64,000 nucleotides of DNA, taken from NCBI GenBank assembly GCA_040954595.2, contig CM082579.2, positions 6,871,625 to 6,935,624 of the forward strand. Reading direction: 5' to 3'. Below are positions 58,501-64,000 of this stretch, one piece after another. Each line of letters opens with the position of its first letter. The first letter of the stretch is position 1. The stretch comes from Balanoglossus misakiensis (taxonomy: Eukaryota; Animalia; Hemichordata). The notes beneath the pieces were generated by a model that saw nothing but the letters and a program-made list of their open reading frames with translations, was not told the DNA's origin and did no database searches. Position numbers and translations under genes: made by a program.

Positions 58501-61500
58501 GGCGAAATGCGATTAAAAAGTACTATGAAAAACGTTGGTTTCATTCACTTTCACTTACGCATAACAGAGCTACAGCCAGCCAAAAACTGCGTGAACCCGG
58601 AAGTGAGTGACGTCAGCAACTGTTGTCCGCTGCCGACGCGTTGGAGCGAGCCTATGCTTATACACGCCTGCACTCACGCGACCGACGACGTTAGCATGGC
58701 AACATATTCTCGGGTAGTAGGCTACAATTTTGAACCAGAGATTCCCTTCTACGACCAAGCGACTGAATTTTACAGAGGACAAAAGTTCATGCAGTTCTGA
58801 TCTCCGATGTGTCCCGTTTGTCAAGGCTTACACTTGGTGTGGTTTTAGTGAAACCATAGACACTCCATGGGTGAAACTCCCTTGTTGTCTCTCCCTCGTT
58901 GTCACCTTTTCGAACCACTTTTCTTACAAAAATACTTTGTCACCTTTTATGGAGTTGAAGAGAACGAAGGTGCATCGTCCTGCTCTCCAGGTGTAGTACG
59001 TCCGTAGTATAATGGAAGCCAATACCATAGTTATTCTATGCATGTTTCGTCTCTTGAAATGTATTAAAACTGCCCTTTTTAGTTGCTTTCATTTGATAAC
59101 TATGCGATCGTCAATAAATGGAAATTAAACCCAAATACGTGTACCAAAAAACGTGCAGGAAGGATTTAAAACGGTACGTTTATTATTATCAGCGGCAGTT
59201 AGAACAACTTTGTATAGGCCTTACGGTTTGTTCATAAACGTCGACATGCGTGGCATCTTGGACATTGCAGGGTCTATGTCTGCACGCATCGACAAATACA
59301 ATACACGTAGAGCATTGCCTTTGAAAGAAACTTATCCCCGTCGATTTTCCGAATATGTTTTTAAAGTCATGAACTTGACATTTCGCCATGTCAGATCCGC
59401 GCAAAATGTGTCTGTTTATTGGAAATGACACGTCGAACGCGTCGACTGCAACGCAAGTTGCTGACGTCACAGTAGTATTTTCAACTCGCGTCTTCTGCTT
59501 GCGCAAGAAGTGAAAGTGAATTAACCCATCGGAACGTTGCCGTTTTTGACACCCGGTTTGGACTTTGAAGCCCAAAATTGTGGGTGTCGTTCCTCTGTGG
59601 CTATTACATGCTTTTTGAACAACCGAGATTTACAATATCCCCCGAGTCCATCCAGGGAAGTGCCGTGGTACAGAAAATATGTTATACGTACGATACGCAA
59701 CACGTATTGCCTGGTATAATATTGTAAAAATTTACTTTTGACAGGCTGGAAACATCAAGAAAGCGTTGAATCTGTCGCGTGAGCTTTTAAAACATGGTGA
59801 GTCATTTTAACGTGCGCACGTGGATGAACACGTATAGGATCTTGGATACTCAAGACATTTCTCGCATTCTCCGTGTGAATCTAATTTGTTAACATTTTCG
59901 ATATCACCGCGATTACATGTATATGAAAACATTCTGTCCCCTAACTATTGTATGCTTTGCCCCTCTAACCTGTAGATCCACATCATGGAAGAGTCTTGAA
60001 AAATGTCGAAAATTACGTCGAGGAGATCGACGAGAGAGAGCGGGAACAACGCGGAATTCTGCAAGATAAGCCGAATTCGAGACCGCCGTCCTCTTATCTC
60101 GACAACCGAGAACAGTACGAATCACTCTGCCGTGGGGAAAGGAACGATGTACGTGTTTATACCTTGTCAGTTCTCAAGGAGTTCGTGTGGTGCGACGTGT
60201 GGCAATATGAAAGTGTACACAAATTGAGATAGGCACTCTCGCTCCATTGAAAATTGCATAGGTGATCATTAACGTTCTGGCGAGTGCCACTATACAGCGA
60301 AGAACCGGGTCGCTTTGTTGGCGATTTGTCTTTAATGGACCGTGCAGTGATAGAGGGGCCACGGTGTGTCGTTTATTTCACCACTTGAGATACAAACACT
60401 GCGAGCCTCGTGGCGATGCTCTTTGGTGCTGACGAACATGTGTGGTGATTTGCCAACTATACTGCGCGTAGAAATTCCAGCATCACCACACGAGAACGCA
60501 CTCAGCGAAAACCGCCGCACCCAGGAGAGAAATTTAGCCGAGCAAAAAGTCATTCGAGGAACATTGCTCGACTGACCATCTCGTGTGCGGCAGTCTTGTG
60601 TAATTTTCCTCGCGAGGACAAAATATCAAACGCGTTGAATATTTTTCTCAGTGCAACGGCGCAAAAGTTTATAAAAAATGAACAAAATCGTTCGAAATGC
60701 TTAGCAAACTTCATCAACCATTCAGAGTTATTGACAAGAAGTAAAATCAAATGATGACCAATGATCACAGAATTCATACTGTAATTTTTTTGCTACAGCC
60801 ACATACGCCGGCGGAACTTTCAAAATTAAAATGCTACCTCGTAACCAATGGCAACAGCGGGCTCATCATAGGACCAGTGAAGAAAGAATACCTGAACCTT
60901 GACCCCGAAGTTGTACTTTACCATGACGTCATTACCGACGAAGAAATAAAGACGCTGATTGAATTGGCGAAACCAAGGGTAAGTTTATCTAGAGCCCTCG
61001 GTTGTTTTTTATGGATTGATGACCCGGGGGTGGCACTCCCAGGGAAAGTGGGAATCCTTGTTTATTCCGCAAAATTCTGAGATACCCCTTTTCCATGACT
61101 TTTCAACAAAAAAGACACCATTTTGTGAAATATAGGAAATATTTAAACAAAAGTAATTCATTCTTACCGCGTCCCCGTCTCCACAGTTACAAAGATCTTT
61201 GGTTGTGCACGGAAGATCGAAAGGTGTAGCTAATGCCGACTTCAGACTCAGTCGAGGGTAATGTATTTTACACTTTTTAAATAGCTCCAATATGCATCTT
61301 GATTTCTCACTGGCCCTTAACTTTATTGTCGAGGTCGGAACACTTTTTAAAAATAGAACCAGCTGATACAAATGCTGATGCTGGGTGCGGACTCGTATTC
61401 TCAGCAACTAATCATGAGATTTGTCCAAACAGTGATACATGCTCTGAACGTGCAGGTCGACGAGGTCTATCCGTACATACAAGCATCGCCTAAAGCTTGC

Positions 61501-63648
61501 GAAAGATTTACACAGCTGCCGTTTTTGATGCTAAGACAAAACGCCGTGTACATTGGTTACAACATGAACGGTCGAAATGAAAAGCTGTTTTTCTCATCGT
61601 CTCATTCAATCTGGCGCCAACTTTGGTTGTGATGAAAGAAAAAAATACAATCTCACAATGATGACTGAAACAGAGCATTCAGAACATGCACACGGTGACT
61701 GCTTAGTGTACTTGTTACTGTGAAAAAAAATTTTGGTAAAAAAAGCTTGAATTTATATTGACAGCCGGAAGCTCTAAATAGCATGCCATCTCCGGCTGCC
61801 AGATATCAAAACAGCACCAAGACAACAGATTCAGCCGAAACTGACGATAATAAATGCAAGACTGTTCTCTTATTTGTGTTGCAGAGGCTGGTTAGAAGAT
61901 TCGGTTCACCCTGTGGTAGCGCGGCTTACGAGAAGGATCTCCACCATAACGGGACTTAGTACGTTGACAGAACCCGAGCACAGACATGCTGAACACCTAC
62001 AGGCATGTAATACGCGTGCGAATGCACTACAAAATGTATACCAAAGCACTAGAAATAGACCGACCTGCAAATTTCTCTTAGATATATTTATCACTGCCTG
62101 TGACATTGCGGCTGTACCCAGGAAAGTTGGATACAGCAAAATGCCATCATTTATACTAAGCTAGCTCGAGTTCGATACAGAAAAAAAAGCATTTGGACGA
62201 ATGGTTTTTCTATATTTTTTCTCCAGGTAGTCAACTATGGGCTGGGAGGGCATTATGAACCTCATTTTGATCATGCCATGGTAAGGTTCAATTTAACATA
62301 ACCCGCAATGCGCCTAAGTTGAACTTACAAAAAGAAGTGTGTGTTTCACGTGACGACGAGTATAGGAAGAGCGAATGTATGTCTTGCCTGGTTAGGTGTA
62401 AGATCGAGTGCAGCTGTACTTCAGCGCTGGACGGCAAATGATATTGCTATCGTTTAATTCTGTGTTATTAGGAAAAGGACTTGCACGACGTTCATTTACC
62501 AGGATCAGGGAATAGAATGGCGACATGGATGTTTTACGTGAGTAACTTTTAATGTGTGTTCGGTCGGTCGGTCGGTCTGCCTGGCTGTCTGTATGTCCTG
62601 TCTTTACACTTGTCTGCTTGTTATTCATTTCTGGAGTTATTTAATTTTGTAACGAGACATTTTCTTTGACGATGCCTTTCCAGATGAGTAACGTAACGGC
62701 AGGTGGATACACAGTCTTTCCTGAAGCAGATGTGTTTGTACGGCCGATAAAGGTACGGTACGCACTCCTGATAAACAAATTTTTACATTAAACTTGAAAC
62801 TAATTAATACAAATAATCATTGTCTTCGTTTGGCCACTAAACAGAATGCTGCAGTATTTTGGTACAACCTGAAACCGTCGGGACGGAGTGACGACATGAC
62901 ACGACACGCCGGGTGCCCGGTGCTTATTGGCAACAAATGGGGTAACTATATAGATGCTTCTCACTCAGTGTGAATGATACCTTGATGTTTTGTCGTGATC
63001 TACTGCAGTTGTCGGTGCTGAATTCCTCTACTTTGTTTCATAGCATTAACTACAAAGGAAACGGCATTAGCAGTGACGTCAGTTGTGACACGATTCCTAA
63101 AATCCAGTAAAACCCAGAGAGAATCAATTTCAGTTGATTAAGCGACCGCTGTGAAGGATTTGACGTTAAACAGACGTCCATATTATGAATGATATAGGCC
63201 TAGTCAATATCTTTCTCGTTTGTCAGAAATCCGAAACGGGCGCCACTTTATTGCTTGCAATGCAGTGAGTGTTAGGGGTTAATTCATGAGACTATTATTT
63301 TCTTACCCTTTTCCTCCAGCTGTCAATAGGAGATGCTTGCACGATACTTAATTATTTGTAGAGACTTTTGCAGTATTCTCTCGCAGCCGTGGTCTCCAAA
63401 AACGTCAGAGTTCAGATGTACATCATTTATAGTTGGGGGCGCTATTCAACACGGGTACCCCCAGCAAAGCACCCAGCAACTGTTTACCACATCATGCATT
63501 GCGTTTTTGCTGCGCTATTCTAAAAAAATAAGAAAGTCTTGGTTTTTTTTCATTTTCAGTGGCCAATAAATGGATTCATGAAAAGGGGAATGAGTTCAAC
63601 CGCCCGTGTAATTTACAACCTGAAGCAGTCACTGATTGGACAACATGA
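52550..63648 (+). CDS. P4HA: Collagen prolyl 4-hydroxylase alpha subunit, about 549 aa, 13 exons
   Basis: Exons 52550-52737, 54983-55134, 55609-55949, 59745-59796, 59976-60148, 60799-60978, 61187-61257, 61885-62002, 62227-62280, 62472-62537, 62684-62752, 62845-62941, 63560-63648; 1650 nt in frame. Signal peptide, HPVSAFQLVKR, ALLRLEDVYQL, DCFDLGRAAY, YESLCRG, catalytic NYGLGGHYEPHFD (HxD), GNRMATWMFYMS, TRHAGCPVLIGNKWVANKWIHE. Confidence 0.95.
53548..53860. mobile_element. Putative PIF/Harbinger (Tourist-like) MITE in P4HA intron 1
   Basis: Imperfect terminal inverted repeats GGGAGTGGTCATCAACTGTA and TACAATTAATGAGAGGTCCC, flanked on both sides by TTA (53545-53547, 53861-53863); non-coding interior of about 313 bp. 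Confidence 0.5.
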
Positions 63649-64000
63649 CCGTTTTCACTGCGCTAGTCTCAGTGATTGTGTGCAATACTCAAATCGGATA
63701 TTTTCACTGTCAAGTTGGGAACATACAGTTTGGGTGACTGTTTACTCAAATCGGATATTACTGATGGCCCTGTTTTGCCCTGTCAAGTTAAATACAGGTG
63801 GCTGACTGTTATGGGAACCACAACCATTATTGCCTCAAAAAAACTATCATCAAGATCAAGTTTATTTTTTTAGTTCGGTTGTGTTTGTCAATTTTGAGTG
63901 TTTTGTTCAATGCAAGGTGTAACTGTGGCTCCACAGCCATCCTGGTCGCCCACAGCATACTCTCTGCCAGAAATACAGCTACATTAGGTGCAACACGCCT

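Noticed and set aside
61258-61884. A second mutually exclusive copy of the 71-nt P4HA exon, as in vertebrate P4HA1
   Set aside because: No homologous exon with splice sites is visible in this intron.

Overview
This is intron-rich animal genomic DNA, most likely from a marine invertebrate (inferred from the pentraxin/CCP/fibrinogen mosaic genes; the species cannot be determined). The ORF track mostly shows exon fragments and microsatellite artefacts, so I rebuilt the genes by hand from splice sites. All nine models below close in frame. In order: a divergent otopetrin (+); two tandem paralogous secreted mosaic genes (-), SP-pentraxin-PAN-EGF-7xCCP and SP-pentraxin-PAN-EGF-7xCCP-fibrinogen domain; a head-to-head NWD-type DUF4062-NACHT-WD40 gene with an MGCGAS acylation start (+); a hidden 3-exon, 79-aa secreted prepropeptide releasing a 6-Cys peptide (C-X2-C-X8-CC-X7-CC) (+); a METTL24-like type II membrane protein with a tandem degenerate plus intact domain (+); four tRNA-Pro(CGG) genes; mitochondrial CLPB/Skd3 (-) head-to-head with GNPDA (+); about 8 kb of non-coding DNA; and a prolyl 4-hydroxylase alpha gene (+) with a GC-AG intron. 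The most novel-looking items are the Cys-rich prepropeptide and the 4-29 kb candidate recognition/defence cluster.
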